Positions 26,748-35,697 of a stretch of 64,000 nt of DNA are shown piece after piece. This DNA is from Acidimicrobiales bacterium. Lineage in GTDB: Bacteria; Actinomycetota; Acidimicrobiia; Acidimicrobiales; Bog-793. Position 1 is the first letter of the stretch. Each line of letters begins with the position of its first letter. The stretch is from positions 4,880-68,879 of the forward strand of contig JBKQSP010000055.1 of NCBI GenBank assembly GCA_052143575.1, read 5' to 3'. The notes below the pieces were generated by a model that had not been told where the DNA came from, made no database searches, and saw only the letters and a program-made list of their open reading frames with translations. The translations under genes and the position numbers were made by a program.

Positions 26748-27119
26748 TCAGTCGGTGCGCGCCACGTACCCGCCACGCCCGAGCGAAGCGCTCTCGAAGA
26801 AGTCCATCGACTCGTCGACGCTGCCGCGCACCTCGGTCACCCAGGGCAGGCGTTGACGCATCAGGCGCTCGACGCCGCCCTGCAAGGTGAGACCGGAGAT
26901 GGCGCACGAGCCGCAGGCGCCCTGCAGCTGGACCTCGACGATGCCGGTGTCGAAGTCGACGTCCACGACGACGAGGTCACCACCGTCCTCCTGCACGGCG
27001 GGGCGCATCAGATCCATGAGCTGGTCGAGCGCAGCCTGACGGACGGCCCGCTCGGCGTCGTCGATCGGGGCGGCGACGGCTGCCGCCTCGGCAGGACCGC
27101 CTCGCGTCGATTCGCTCAT
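26748..27119 (-). CDS. NifU C-terminal domain (Nfu-type) Fe-S cluster assembly protein
   Basis: RPAVQEDGGDLVVVDVDFDTGIVEVQLQGACGSCAIS contains the CxxC motif of Nfu/NifU_C. The start is taken at ATG 27119. Confidence 0.8.
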   Translation of the reverse strand: MSESTRGGPAEAAAVAAPIDDAERAVRQAALDQLMDLMRPAVQEDGGDLVVVDVDFDTGIVEVQLQGACGSCAISGLTLQGGVERLMRQRLPWVTEVRGSVDESMDFFESASLGRGGYVARTD

Positions 27120-27141
27120 CTCGCCCTCTGACACACCCTGA

Positions 27142-28026
27142 ATGATACGAACGACGAGGCGTGCGCCGTACAGTTCTCGCGTGCAACTCGTCGTCATGGC
27201 AGCAGGACACGGTCGTCGATTCGGTGGGCTGAAGCAGCTCGCCCCTGTCGGTCCGAACGGTGAGGCCCTCATGGACTACACCGCCAGGGAGGCGCTGGCG
27301 GCCGGTTTCGATCACGCAGTGGTCATCGTGCGCGACGAAGTCCGTCAGGAGCTGCTCGACCACATCGCCACCTACTGGCCGCCGGAGCTGCGGGTGAGCG
27401 CCGTCACCCAAGGCCCCATCGCCGGCACCGCCCAGGCTGTTGCCTCCACCGAGGAGCTGATCGAGGGCTCCTTCGGTGTCGTCAACGCCGACGATCTCTA
27501 CGGCGGGGCAGCCCTGCGGGCGCTCGCCGCCGAGACGGAGAGTCTCGGGCCGGACGAGCACGTCATCATCGGCTACCGGCTCGAGAACACCGTGCTGACC
27601 GATGCCCCGGTCACCCGCGGCATCTGCGTGTCGGGCCCCGACGGCTATCTCGAGGTCGTCGTGGAGCAGACCGTGCAGCGCACGGCGGCGGGCGGCTTCA
27701 GCGGGCGCCCCATCCGTGCCGCCGCCGCCGAAGCCGAGAGCCAGCTGAGCGGTGCCGAGCTCGTGTCGATGAACCTGTGGGGCTTCTCGGAGGGAATCTA
27801 CGACGACCTCGACCGGGCGCTCGCCCTCTTCGACCCGGAGACGGCCCCCCACGTCGAAGGCAAACCGGCCGAGCTCCTCCTGCCCGACGTCGTCGCCCAT
27901 CTCGTGGCAACGGACCTCGCTCGCGTGCGGGTCGTCGAGACGTCCGGCCGCTGCATCGGGCTCACGCACCCCGACGACGTTCCCCTCGTGCAGAGGATCC
28001 TGGCCGCCGCCGGCCTCGAGTCTTAG
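27142..28026 (+). CDS. Nucleotidyltransferase (sugar-phosphate nucleotidyltransferase-like)
   Basis: LVVMAAGHGRRFGGLKQLAPVG matches the (L)xxAGGxGxRxxxxK NTP-transferase loop. GTG 27181 is a plausible alternative start. Confidence 0.75.
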   Translation: MIRTTRRAPYSSRVQLVVMAAGHGRRFGGLKQLAPVGPNGEALMDYTAREALAAGFDHAVVIVRDEVRQELLDHIATYWPPELRVSAVTQGPIAGTAQAVASTEELIEGSFGVVNADDLYGGAALRALAAETESLGPDEHVIIGYRLENTVLTDAPVTRGICVSGPDGYLEVVVEQTVQRTAAGGFSGRPIRAAAAEAESQLSGAELVSMNLWGFSEGIYDDLDRALALFDPETAPHVEGKPAELLLPDVVAHLVATDLARVRVVETSGRCIGLTHPDDVPLVQRILAAAGLES

Positions 28027-29144
28027 TCCTCGAGCAGCTTCGCCAACCGCTCGGCGGCGCTCGCGAAGCCCTCCACCATCTCGAAGACGACCTGGCGGGC
28101 CGGCTTGACCGTGTTCATGCGCGAGACGATCTGCCCGACGGGGATGCCCTGCAGCTCGGCCACCTCGGAGCGGGCGATGCGGCGCTGGGCGTCAGCCGTG
28201 AGCATGTACTGCAGCGGCATCGGCAGCGTGCCCGGCGACTCGGGCGCTTCCCAGGCCTCCGTCCAGGCCGTACGGAGCTGGCGGGCGGGCTTGCCGGTGA
28301 GGGCCCGCGAGCGGGCCGTGTCGCGGGAGCCGGCTGCCAGCAGCTTGGTGACGAGCTTCGGCGGCATGTCGCTCTCGGCGGTCGTCAGCCAGATCGAGCC
28401 GCACCAGACGCCCTCGGCACCGAGGGCGAGGGCGGCGGCGACTTGGCGGCCGTCGCCGATGCCGCCGGCCGCCAGAACCGGTCTCGGCGCCACGGCGTCG
28501 ACGACGTCGGGCACGAGGACCATGGAGGTGATCTCCCCGGTATGCCCACCCGCTTCGTACCCGGAGGCGACGATGATGTCGACACCGTTGCGCACCTGGC
28601 TCTCGGCTTGCGAAACGGAGCCGACGAGGGCGGCGACAAGGACGTCGTGCTCGTGCGCCCGCTCGACGACATCGGGTGGGGGCGGTCCGAGCGCGTTCGC
28701 CAACAGCTTGATGGGGTGCTCGAGGGCGATGTCGACGAGTGGGCGGGCGCCTTCGTGCGTCCAGCCGAGCAGCCGGTGGACGTCCTCGTCGTCCGGCAGC
28801 TTCGCCACCCCGTAGCGGTCGAGGACGTCCTCGACGTAGGCGCGGTGCGCCGCCGGGATCAGCTCGTCGAGGATCGAGGCCATCTCGGCGTTGGAGGCGT
28901 CGGCGGGAAGATCGCCGGCGCCGGCGTAGGAGGCCGGCATGACGACGTCGACGCCGTATGGCTTGCCGGCGACGTGGGCGTCGATCCAGTCGAGCTCGAT
29001 CGCCAGCTGCTCGGGCGTGAACGCAAGGGCCCCCAGCACGCCGAAGCCGCCGGCGTTCGTGACGGCGGCCACGACGTCTCGGCAGTGGGAGAAGGCGAAG
29101 ATCGGGAACTCGATGCCGAGCGACGCCGAGAGCGGTGTCTTCAT
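28023..29144 (-). CDS. Nitronate monooxygenase / NMO-family FMN oxidoreductase
   Basis: MKTPLSASLGIEFPIFAFSH...NAGGFGVLG and IIVASGYEAGGHTG...VLAAGGIGDGRQVAAALALGAEGVWCGS. Its ATG 29144 overlaps the acyl-CoA synthetase stop (ATGA). Confidence 0.85.
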   Translation of the reverse strand: MKTPLSASLGIEFPIFAFSHCRDVVAAVTNAGGFGVLGALAFTPEQLAIELDWIDAHVAGKPYGVDVVMPASYAGAGDLPADASNAEMASILDELIPAAHRAYVEDVLDRYGVAKLPDDEDVHRLLGWTHEGARPLVDIALEHPIKLLANALGPPPPDVVERAHEHDVLVAALVGSVSQAESQVRNGVDIIVASGYEAGGHTGEITSMVLVPDVVDAVAPRPVLAAGGIGDGRQVAAALALGAEGVWCGSIWLTTAESDMPPKLVTKLLAAGSRDTARSRALTGKPARQLRTAWTEAWEAPESPGTLPMPLQYMLTADAQRRIARSEVAELQGIPVGQIVSRMNTVKPARQVVFEMVEGFASAAERLAKLLED

Positions 29145-30847
29145 GGGACCTCCGGGGATTCGCCCTGGGCGGATACGGGTACGGGAGCCTCCCCGAGGGC
29201 GACTCGCAGCGCCCAGCGGTAGTCGGCCTTGCCGGCCGGGGAACGCACGAACTCCTCCACGACGTGCAGCTGGCGCGGGACCTTGTAGCCGGCGATGCGT
29301 GTGCGGCAATGCGCCTGCAGCGACTCGAGGTCCGGGTGGCAGCCCTCGCGGGCCTGCACGACGGCGGCCACGCGCTGGCCCCAGCGAGCGTCCGGCACCC
29401 CCACGACGGTGACGTCGTAGACGTCGGGGTGCGACTTGACGGCTGCCTCGACCTCCTCGGGGAAGACCTTCTCGCCCCCGGTGTTGATGGAGACCGACCC
29501 GCGTCCGAGGAGGCTGATGGCGCCGTCCTCCTCGAGCACGGCGAGGTCGCCCGTCATGACGTAGCGAGTGCCCTCGACGTCGATGAACACCTCGGCTGTC
29601 TTCACGGGATCCTTGTAGTAGCCGATGGGGATGTTGCCGGAGCGGGCGAGGCGGCCCACCTCGCCCGTGCCCGGTCTCATCACCCGCAGGTCGGCGTCGA
29701 GCACGACCGAGTCCCGCACCGCCGTCACGGTCGGGCCGCCGCGCATGGCGGTGGCGCCTGGCTTGACGACGGCGATCCCGTTCGCTCCGCTCTCCGACGA
29801 GCCGATGGCATCGGTCATGAGCAGGCTCGGGAAAGAGCGGAAGAACGCCTCCTTCACGTCCGGGGAGAACACGGCGGCCGTCGAGGAGAGCCCGAGGAGC
29901 GACGAGGTGTCATAGGGCTCGCCGGCGAGCGCCCTGTCCTCGAACTCCTCGATCAGCGGGCGCGCCATGGCGTCGCCCGTCAACATGACGAGGTTGACCC
30001 CGAGCTCGCCCACGAGCCGCCAGACGCCGGCCGGGTCGAACCGCTCCACGAGGACGACCCGGTTCCCCTTGAAGCTCTGCCCCATGACGCCCCATTGCGT
30101 GGCGCCGTGCATGAGCGGGGCGATCGGCAGGAACGTGACGGCGAAGTTGTCGGCGAGCGCCTTGCGGGCGAGGTCGTGCGGATCCTCGATGCGGATGTTG
30201 GTGAGGGGGTCGATGCCTCCGCCGAGGGCGAACAGCACGTCCTCGTGCCGCCACACGACACCTTTCGGAAGGCCCGTCGTACCACCCGTGAACAGGATGT
30301 AGCGGTCGTCGGCGGAGCGAGGCGCGAAATCGCGCTCCGGCGAGCAGGGCGCCAGCGCCGCCTCGAAATCGACGACGTCGATCTGCCCGGCACCCGGCAA
30401 GAGATCCCCCCCGCCAGCGGCCGGCCCCGTGCCGTCATCGACGACGAGAACGTGACGCAGTCGCGGGAGGGCGTCCCGGCAGGCGATGACGAGTGGTGCG
30501 AAGTGGCGGTCGACGACCATGGCCACGACGTCCGAGCTGGCGAAGAGGTAGCGGAGCTCGTCCTCGACGTAGCGGTAGTTGATGTTGATCCAAACGGCCC
30601 GCAGCTTGAAGACGGCCCAGAGGGTTTCGACCCACTCCACGCGGTTGTAGGCGTAGATGCCGACGTGATCGCCCGGCCCGACGCCGGCGGCGGCCAAGTG
30701 GTGGGCGAGCTGGTTGGCCCGCCCCTCCATCTCGTCATAGGTCCGGCGGACGCCGTTGGCGACGAGGTACTCGCGATCGCCGAAGACGTCGACGGCATAC
30801 TCGAAGAGGTCGGCCAGGTTGAACTCCACCGGCGATAAGTAGAACAT
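29141..30847 (-). CDS. AMP-dependent acyl-CoA synthetase/ligase
   Basis: AMP-binding motif ILFTGGTTGLPKGV, followed by YVMTGDLAV and GGEKVFPEEVE...VGVPDARWGQ. 568 aa. Confidence 0.9.
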   Translation of the reverse strand: MFYLSPVEFNLADLFEYAVDVFGDREYLVANGVRRTYDEMEGRANQLAHHLAAAGVGPGDHVGIYAYNRVEWVETLWAVFKLRAVWININYRYVEDELRYLFASSDVVAMVVDRHFAPLVIACRDALPRLRHVLVVDDGTGPAAGGGDLLPGAGQIDVVDFEAALAPCSPERDFAPRSADDRYILFTGGTTGLPKGVVWRHEDVLFALGGGIDPLTNIRIEDPHDLARKALADNFAVTFLPIAPLMHGATQWGVMGQSFKGNRVVLVERFDPAGVWRLVGELGVNLVMLTGDAMARPLIEEFEDRALAGEPYDTSSLLGLSSTAAVFSPDVKEAFFRSFPSLLMTDAIGSSESGANGIAVVKPGATAMRGGPTVTAVRDSVVLDADLRVMRPGTGEVGRLARSGNIPIGYYKDPVKTAEVFIDVEGTRYVMTGDLAVLEEDGAISLLGRGSVSINTGGEKVFPEEVEAAVKSHPDVYDVTVVGVPDARWGQRVAAVVQAREGCHPDLESLQAHCRTRIAGYKVPRQLHVVEEFVRSPAGKADYRWALRVALGEAPVPVSAQGESPEVP

Positions 30848-30918
30848 GTTCTCGTTTTGGCATCAAGCGTGGCCTGCAGGTCTGGCAGGATGCTGAGGGC
30901 GAAAGGGGGAGGCTCGAC

Positions 30919-32034
30919 ATGCCGGTTCCGCTCGACGAATACCCGGTTCACCAGGTGCCGTTGTCGATGGCGTATGTCGCCACGAGCGATCGCAACGCCT
31001 ACGACCGCTGCTACGTCAATGCCCACAACCGGACAGGGGAGCTCTTCCTCGTCGCCGGGATGGGCGTCTACCCGAACCTCGGCGTCACCGACGCCTTCGT
31101 CACGGTGATGCGCAACGGTCGGCAATCGACGTTGCAGCTGTCCGACGGGCTCGGCTCGGACCGCACCTCACAGCGGGTCGGCCCCTTCGGGATCGAGGTC
31201 GTCGAGCCGCTGCGACAGCTACGCCTCGCCTGTGAACCCGGCGAGCTCGGGATCGGGCTCGACCTCCTCTGGACCGGGTCGTTCCCCGCCGTGGACGAGC
31301 CGCTCCACACGATGCGTTCCGGCCCTCGCATCATCCTCGAGGGCGCTCGCTTCGCCCAGGTCGGGACGTGCGAGGGCACCGTCCACCTCGACGGCGAGGA
31401 GTTCAGCTTCACGACGGCCTCGTCGGCGGGCACCCGGGACCGTTCCTGGGGCATCCGCCCCGTCGGCGAGAGCGAGCCGCCCGGCCGCCCGGCCGCTGAG
31501 CCGGCGGGCGGCTTCGGCTTTTGGTGGACCTATGTGCCGCTGCGTTTCGACGACTTCGCCATCGTCGTGATCGCCCAGGAGGACGGGGACGGCACCCGCA
31601 CGACGGCCGAAGCGGTGCGCGTCTGGCCGTCGGAGACGGGTCGCCCAGCCGAGCAGCTCGGATGGGCGGACATCGTGGTTCACTACCGCACCGGGACGCG
31701 GGTGCCGAGCGGAGCCACCATCACGATGACAAAGCGAGGGACGCCAACGGTCGTCGAGATCGAGAGCCTCGGCTACGTCCTGCTCAACGCGGGTCCCGGC
31801 TATAACGGCGACCCCGGCTGGTCGCACGGGCGTTGGCGAGGCCCCGGCTCGGCCACCCGCGTCGACGCCGACCTCGACGACCCCGCCTTGCAGGGCCAGA
31901 CGGCTTTCGGCGTCATCGACCACATCGCCCGCGCCAGCTGTGACGGGCAGCTCGGCTACGGGCTCTTCGAGCATGCCTGCTTCGGTCGGCACGCCCCGTC
32001 AAGCTTCGCCGGCTGGGAGAGCGTGGCGCCGTGA
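30919..32034 (+). CDS. Conserved hypothetical protein (371 aa)
   Basis: A well-formed ORF (MPVPLDEYPVHQVPLSMAYVATSDRNAYDRCYVN...) with coding-like composition. Its stop overlaps the start of the downstream kinase-like gene. I cannot name the family with confidence. Confidence 0.65.
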   Translation: MPVPLDEYPVHQVPLSMAYVATSDRNAYDRCYVNAHNRTGELFLVAGMGVYPNLGVTDAFVTVMRNGRQSTLQLSDGLGSDRTSQRVGPFGIEVVEPLRQLRLACEPGELGIGLDLLWTGSFPAVDEPLHTMRSGPRIILEGARFAQVGTCEGTVHLDGEEFSFTTASSAGTRDRSWGIRPVGESEPPGRPAAEPAGGFGFWWTYVPLRFDDFAIVVIAQEDGDGTRTTAEAVRVWPSETGRPAEQLGWADIVVHYRTGTRVPSGATITMTKRGTPTVVEIESLGYVLLNAGPGYNGDPGWSHGRWRGPGSATRVDADLDDPALQGQTAFGVIDHIARASCDGQLGYGLFEHACFGRHAPSSFAGWESVAP

Positions 32035-33161
32035 CGGAGCGGGTTGAGACGAACGACGCCCTCGGCCTGCAGTCCTCCACACGGGACCGGGAGGAGCTGC
32101 GATCGGCCCTGGAGGCGTGGCTCTCGGCTGCGGGCCTCGGCAGGCGGGTGGCCTCGCTGGAGGTCCCGGAGCACACCGGCGTATCGAGCCTCTCCGTCAT
32201 GCTCGACGTGGAGGACGAGGACGGCGGCGGGCGGCGCCGTCTCGTCGCCCGCCTGGCACCGGATGCATCGGCCGTCCCGGTCTTTCCGAGCTACGACCTC
32301 GAGAAGCAGTTCCTCGTCCTCGAGCACCTCGCCGGCTACCCGGACGTGCCCGTGCCGGCCGTGCGGCGCCTCGAGCTCGACCCGAAGCCGCTTGGTGTGC
32401 CCTTCTTCGTCATGGACCGCATCGAGGGGGAGATACCGCCGGACATCCTCCCCTACCCGTTCGGGTCCTGGCTGACGGCGGCCGGTCGGAGCGACCAGCG
32501 CCGCCTGCAGGATGGCGCCCTCGCCGCCCTCGCCGCCGTCCACCGAGTGGAGTTGCCGCCCGCCCTGGAGGGGCGGCTCGCCTTCGGCACCGACGGCGCC
32601 ACCGCCCTGCACCGCCACGTCGCCCACGTCCGCCAGTACTACGACTGGTGCTCTGCGGACGGCGTCAGGTCGTCGGTTCTCGAGGAAGGCTTCGCCTGGC
32701 TCGAGCGTCACTGGCCTTCAGCGGTGGACGACCACGTGCTCAGCTGGGGCGATTCACGCATCGGCAACATGGTCTTTCGGGACTTCACGCCCGTGGCACT
32801 GCTCGACTGGGAGATGGTCGGCCTGGCGCCCCGCGAGGTCGACCTCGGCTGGATGATCTACCTGCACCGCTGGTTCGACGACATCGCCGCCCTGATGGAG
32901 ATCGAGCCGATGCGCCACTTCATGCGAGTGCCGGAGGCGGTGGCGACCTACGAGGCCGAGAGCGGGACGATCGTGCGGGACCTGAGGTTCTTCCTGTTCT
33001 ATGCCGCCTTGCACCACGGCGCCATCATGTTCCGGGTCACGCGTCGCCAGATCGCCTTCGGCCAGGCCGTCATGCCGGAGGATCCGAACGACTTGATCCT
33101 GCACCGCTCCACGCTGGAGGAGATGATGGCCGGCACCTACTGGGAGGGCTTCGAGACCTAG
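32031..33161 (+). CDS. Phosphotransferase (APH/choline-kinase-like) family protein
   Basis: LSWGDSRIGNMVFRDFTPVALLDWEMVGLAPREVDLGW contains the Brenner motif and the D-x-E of APH-type kinases. The stop TAG at 33159-33161 is formed at the IS insertion junction. Confidence 0.85.
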   Translation: MTERVETNDALGLQSSTRDREELRSALEAWLSAAGLGRRVASLEVPEHTGVSSLSVMLDVEDEDGGGRRRLVARLAPDASAVPVFPSYDLEKQFLVLEHLAGYPDVPVPAVRRLELDPKPLGVPFFVMDRIEGEIPPDILPYPFGSWLTAAGRSDQRRLQDGALAALAAVHRVELPPALEGRLAFGTDGATALHRHVAHVRQYYDWCSADGVRSSVLEEGFAWLERHWPSAVDDHVLSWGDSRIGNMVFRDFTPVALLDWEMVGLAPREVDLGWMIYLHRWFDDIAALMEIEPMRHFMRVPEAVATYEAESGTIVRDLRFFLFYAALHHGAIMFRVTRRQIAFGQAVMPEDPNDLILHRSTLEEMMAGTYWEGFET

Positions 33162-33189
33162 TGGTGCCGCGCGTTAGTTCGTCGGTGTA
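33161..33189. repeat. IS630-element left terminal inverted repeat
   Basis: GTGGTGCCGCGCGTTAGTTCGTCGGTGTA compared with the reverse complement of the right end, GTGGCGTTGCCGATAAGTACATCGGTGTA. The outer GTGG and inner TCGGTGTA are identical. Confidence 0.65.
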
Positions 33190-33524
33190 TCCCGCAGCCA
33201 TATGTCCAGGTCACCGAGGTAGAGGTCGCCGGCACAGTCGAGGGCTTCCTCGGGGCTGCCGCCCATCATGCCGCTCGGCAGGAACGAGTCCTCGTAGTCG
33301 TCGTGACTGGCCCGGTAGATGGCGAAGCCCCACATGCTCGCCGATCCGGCGTAGCGGAGGCGGCAGAGCTTGACGGTGGTGCCGTCTGGAAGCACGGCGT
33401 CGACATAAGCGAAGTGCGCTCGGAAGCGGACCGTGAGGTCGGTGAGCTCGGGCCAACGCTCGAGTGCGTGGCGTCGCAGGCGGTGGGCGAGACTGTCCTT
33501 TGTCGAACCAGGGGGAGCCTTCAC
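33174..33524 (-). CDS. Hypothetical protein (116 aa) carried inside the IS element
   Basis: GTG start 26 nt after the transposase stop, on the same strand. The sequence ...FAYVDAVLPDGTTVKLCRLRYAGSASMWGFAIYRASHDDYEDSFLPSG...PEEALDCAGDLYL resembles a recurrent actinobacterial hypothetical family. The stop lies inside the left IR. Confidence 0.65.
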   Translation of the reverse strand: MKAPPGSTKDSLAHRLRRHALERWPELTDLTVRFRAHFAYVDAVLPDGTTVKLCRLRYAGSASMWGFAIYRASHDDYEDSFLPSGMMGGSPEEALDCAGDLYLGDLDIWLRDTPTN

Positions 33525-33550
33525 CGTCCTATCTTGGCGGTGCTGGCGGC

Positions 33551-34720
33551 TCAGGCGGCGATCATCGCCGGCTCGCCCAGCCGGTGGGCGTCGATCCGCT
33601 CCAGCAGTCCGGCGAGGTCCTTGCTGGTGAAGCGCCAGTCGAAGGGGCTTGCCGTGGCGTTGTAGCGCTCCTCGAAGCGCTGCAGGCGGTCGGCCAGCGC
33701 GTCAAGATCGGCGAAGTCGGCCGGCTTGACGACCTTGCGCTGGACGACGGAGAAGACGACCTCGATCTGGTTCAGCCAGGAGGCGTGCACGGGTAGGTGG
33801 ACGAGGCGGGCCTTCGGGAAAGCGGCGGCCATCCGCTCGACCGACCGCTGCCCGTTGTGCGAGGAGCCGTTGTCCACGATCCAGTAGACGTTGTCGGCGC
33901 TGGCGTAGGGCTCGACGGTCATCACCTTCTCGACGAGCTCCATGAACGGGACGATGCCGGTCTTCGGGGCGATCCAGCTGAACAGTCGGGCGGCGTGCAC
34001 GTCGTAGGCGCCGAAGTAGCAGAGCGTGCCGTGCCGCTCGTACTCGAACTCCACCCGTCGGGGGCGCCCCACGCCGCACGGCAGCTCAGGGTGGCAGCGA
34101 GAGAGCGCCTGCAGCTGTGACTTCTCGTCGGCCGAGATCACGTAGTCGTGCGCCCCGAGCGGTACGCCGTCGAAGATCCGCTCGTACAGGTCGAGCACGC
34201 GGGCGGCCTTGTCGGCGAAGTCGGGATCGCGGGGGAAGATCCAGGATCGGTAGCGCCACGGCTTGATGGCAGCGGACGCCAGCCAGCGCCGAACCGTCGA
34301 GGACGAGATCGCCGGGACGAGCCCTTCGCTCACCGCCTGGGCGGAGAGCTCGAACGAGCTCCACCGTGACAGCGGCACCTGGCGCTGTTCGGGTGGTTCA
34401 CAGGCCATCGCCTTGATGGCGACCACCACCTCGGCACCGAAGATGCGCGGGCGTCCCGAGCGCGGCCGGTCGCGCAGGCCGGCGAGGCCCTCCTCGCAGA
34501 AGCGCTTGCGCCACTTCGAGGCCACGTCGACGCAGACCCCGACTCGCCGGGCGATCTCCACGTTCTGCATGCCCGCTGCGGCGAGCAGCACGACGCGAGC
34601 CCGCACGACGGTCGCGTGGGGCGCGGTGCGCGACGAGGCGCGGACCTCAAGGATCGAGCGCTCCTCGAGCGAGAGCTGCACCTCGAACGGCGAGCGGCGA
34701 GACACCGAGCGACCTCCCAA
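33551..34720 (-). CDS. IS630-family DDE transposase
   Basis: N-terminal HTH (RARVVLLAAAGMQNVEIARRVGV) and a DDE triad context (ISADEKS ... WIVDNGSSHN ... 36 residues ... WLNQIE). The likely true start is GTG 34705, preceded by GGGAGG. TTG 34720 is the ORF-track start. Confidence 0.9.
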   Translation of the reverse strand: MGGRSVSRRSPFEVQLSLEERSILEVRASSRTAPHATVVRARVVLLAAAGMQNVEIARRVGVCVDVASKWRKRFCEEGLAGLRDRPRSGRPRIFGAEVVVAIKAMACEPPEQRQVPLSRWSSFELSAQAVSEGLVPAISSSTVRRWLASAAIKPWRYRSWIFPRDPDFADKAARVLDLYERIFDGVPLGAHDYVISADEKSQLQALSRCHPELPCGVGRPRRVEFEYERHGTLCYFGAYDVHAARLFSWIAPKTGIVPFMELVEKVMTVEPYASADNVYWIVDNGSSHNGQRSVERMAAAFPKARLVHLPVHASWLNQIEVVFSVVQRKVVKPADFADLDALADRLQRFEERYNATASPFDWRFTSKDLAGLLERIDAHRLGEPAMIAA

Positions 34721-34743
34721 CTCTCGTTAGGACGCCTCAAAAT

Positions 34744-34772
34744 TACACCGATGTACTTATCGGCAACGCCAC
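34744..34772. repeat. IS630-element right terminal inverted repeat
   Basis: TACACCGATGTACTTATCGGCAACGCCAC, followed by TA at 34773-34774. Confidence 0.65.
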
Positions 34773-34798
34773 TAGTCGTGGCGGTAGGTTCGTCACCG

Positions 34799-35620
34799 AT
34801 GTGTGGTCGCTTCGTAGCCAGCCGGCCGGTCGAGGACATCGCCGCCCTCCTCGAGGTCGACGACCTCGAGGTCCCGGAGGAGCTGCTGGCGCCGCGCTGG
34901 AACGTGGCGCCGACCGACGGCGTCCTCGCCGTCGCCACGCGGGTCCGGAAGGACACCGAGGAGGAGCGCCGGCGCCTGACGGACTACCGCTGGGGTCTCG
35001 TGCCGTCCTGGGCGAAGGATCCGGCCGCAGGGGTGCGGGCCTTCAACGCCCGAGCAGAGACGTTGTTGGAGCGACCGGCCTTTCGCACGGCCCTGCTGAA
35101 GCGCCGCTGCCTCATCCCTGCCGACGCCTTCTACGAGTGGGAGAAGATCACCGCCTCACCAGGCGGGCGCGTGCTTCGACGTCAGCCGTGGTGCTTCACG
35201 GCGGCCGACGGTGGGCTGCTGGCCTTCGCCGGTCTGTGGGAAGCCTGGAAGGCGCCGGGGGAAGGCGATCCCGAGACGATGCTTGCGGGCGCCGGCTGGC
35301 ACGACCGATGGCTGCTGTCCTGCACCGTCATCACGACGACGGCCAATGCGGCGGTCGAGCCGCTGCACGACCGCATGCCGGTCATCCTGCGGCGGGACGA
35401 CTGGGCGACGTGGCTCGACCCGAGCCTGCACGAGGCCGGCGAGCTCACGTCCCTCCTGCAGCCGGCGCCGGCAGGGCTGCTCCGCTCCTACGCCGTGTCG
35501 CCGGCCGTCAACAATGCGCAGACGGACGGGCCCCAGCTGGTGGCGCCCCTCGCAGAGGCCGCCGACGACGAGCGGGGCGACGGCGAGGGCGGCGAGCCCC
35601 GGCTCGTGCCACTCTTCTGA
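34799..35620 (+). CDS. SOS-response-associated peptidase (SRAP/YedK, abasic-site processing protein)
   Basis: Starts MCGRF with the catalytic Cys2. It also has RWNVAPTD, YRWGLVPSWAKD, FNARAETL and IPADAFYEWEK. The ATG is 25 nt from the IS right-end TA. Confidence 0.9.
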   Translation: MCGRFVASRPVEDIAALLEVDDLEVPEELLAPRWNVAPTDGVLAVATRVRKDTEEERRRLTDYRWGLVPSWAKDPAAGVRAFNARAETLLERPAFRTALLKRRCLIPADAFYEWEKITASPGGRVLRRQPWCFTAADGGLLAFAGLWEAWKAPGEGDPETMLAGAGWHDRWLLSCTVITTTANAAVEPLHDRMPVILRRDDWATWLDPSLHEAGELTSLLQPAPAGLLRSYAVSPAVNNAQTDGPQLVAPLAEAADDERGDGEGGEPRLVPLF

Positions 35621-35697
35621 TCTGACGACTTCCCGTGGCGGCTCCGCCTTGAAGCCGGTTGCGCGGGAGGCGGCCGGGCCGAGCCGGGCCCCGCTCC

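Larger units (their letters stand above)
33161..34772 (-). mobile_element. IS630-family insertion sequence (1612 bp) carrying a transposase and a passenger ORF
   Basis: Imperfect 29-bp terminal inverted repeats (20/29 identical), each flanked by TA (33159-33160 and 33773... corrected: 34773-34774), the IS630/Tc1 target duplication. The right end is locally AT-richer (aaaattacaccgatgtacttatc). Confidence 0.75.
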
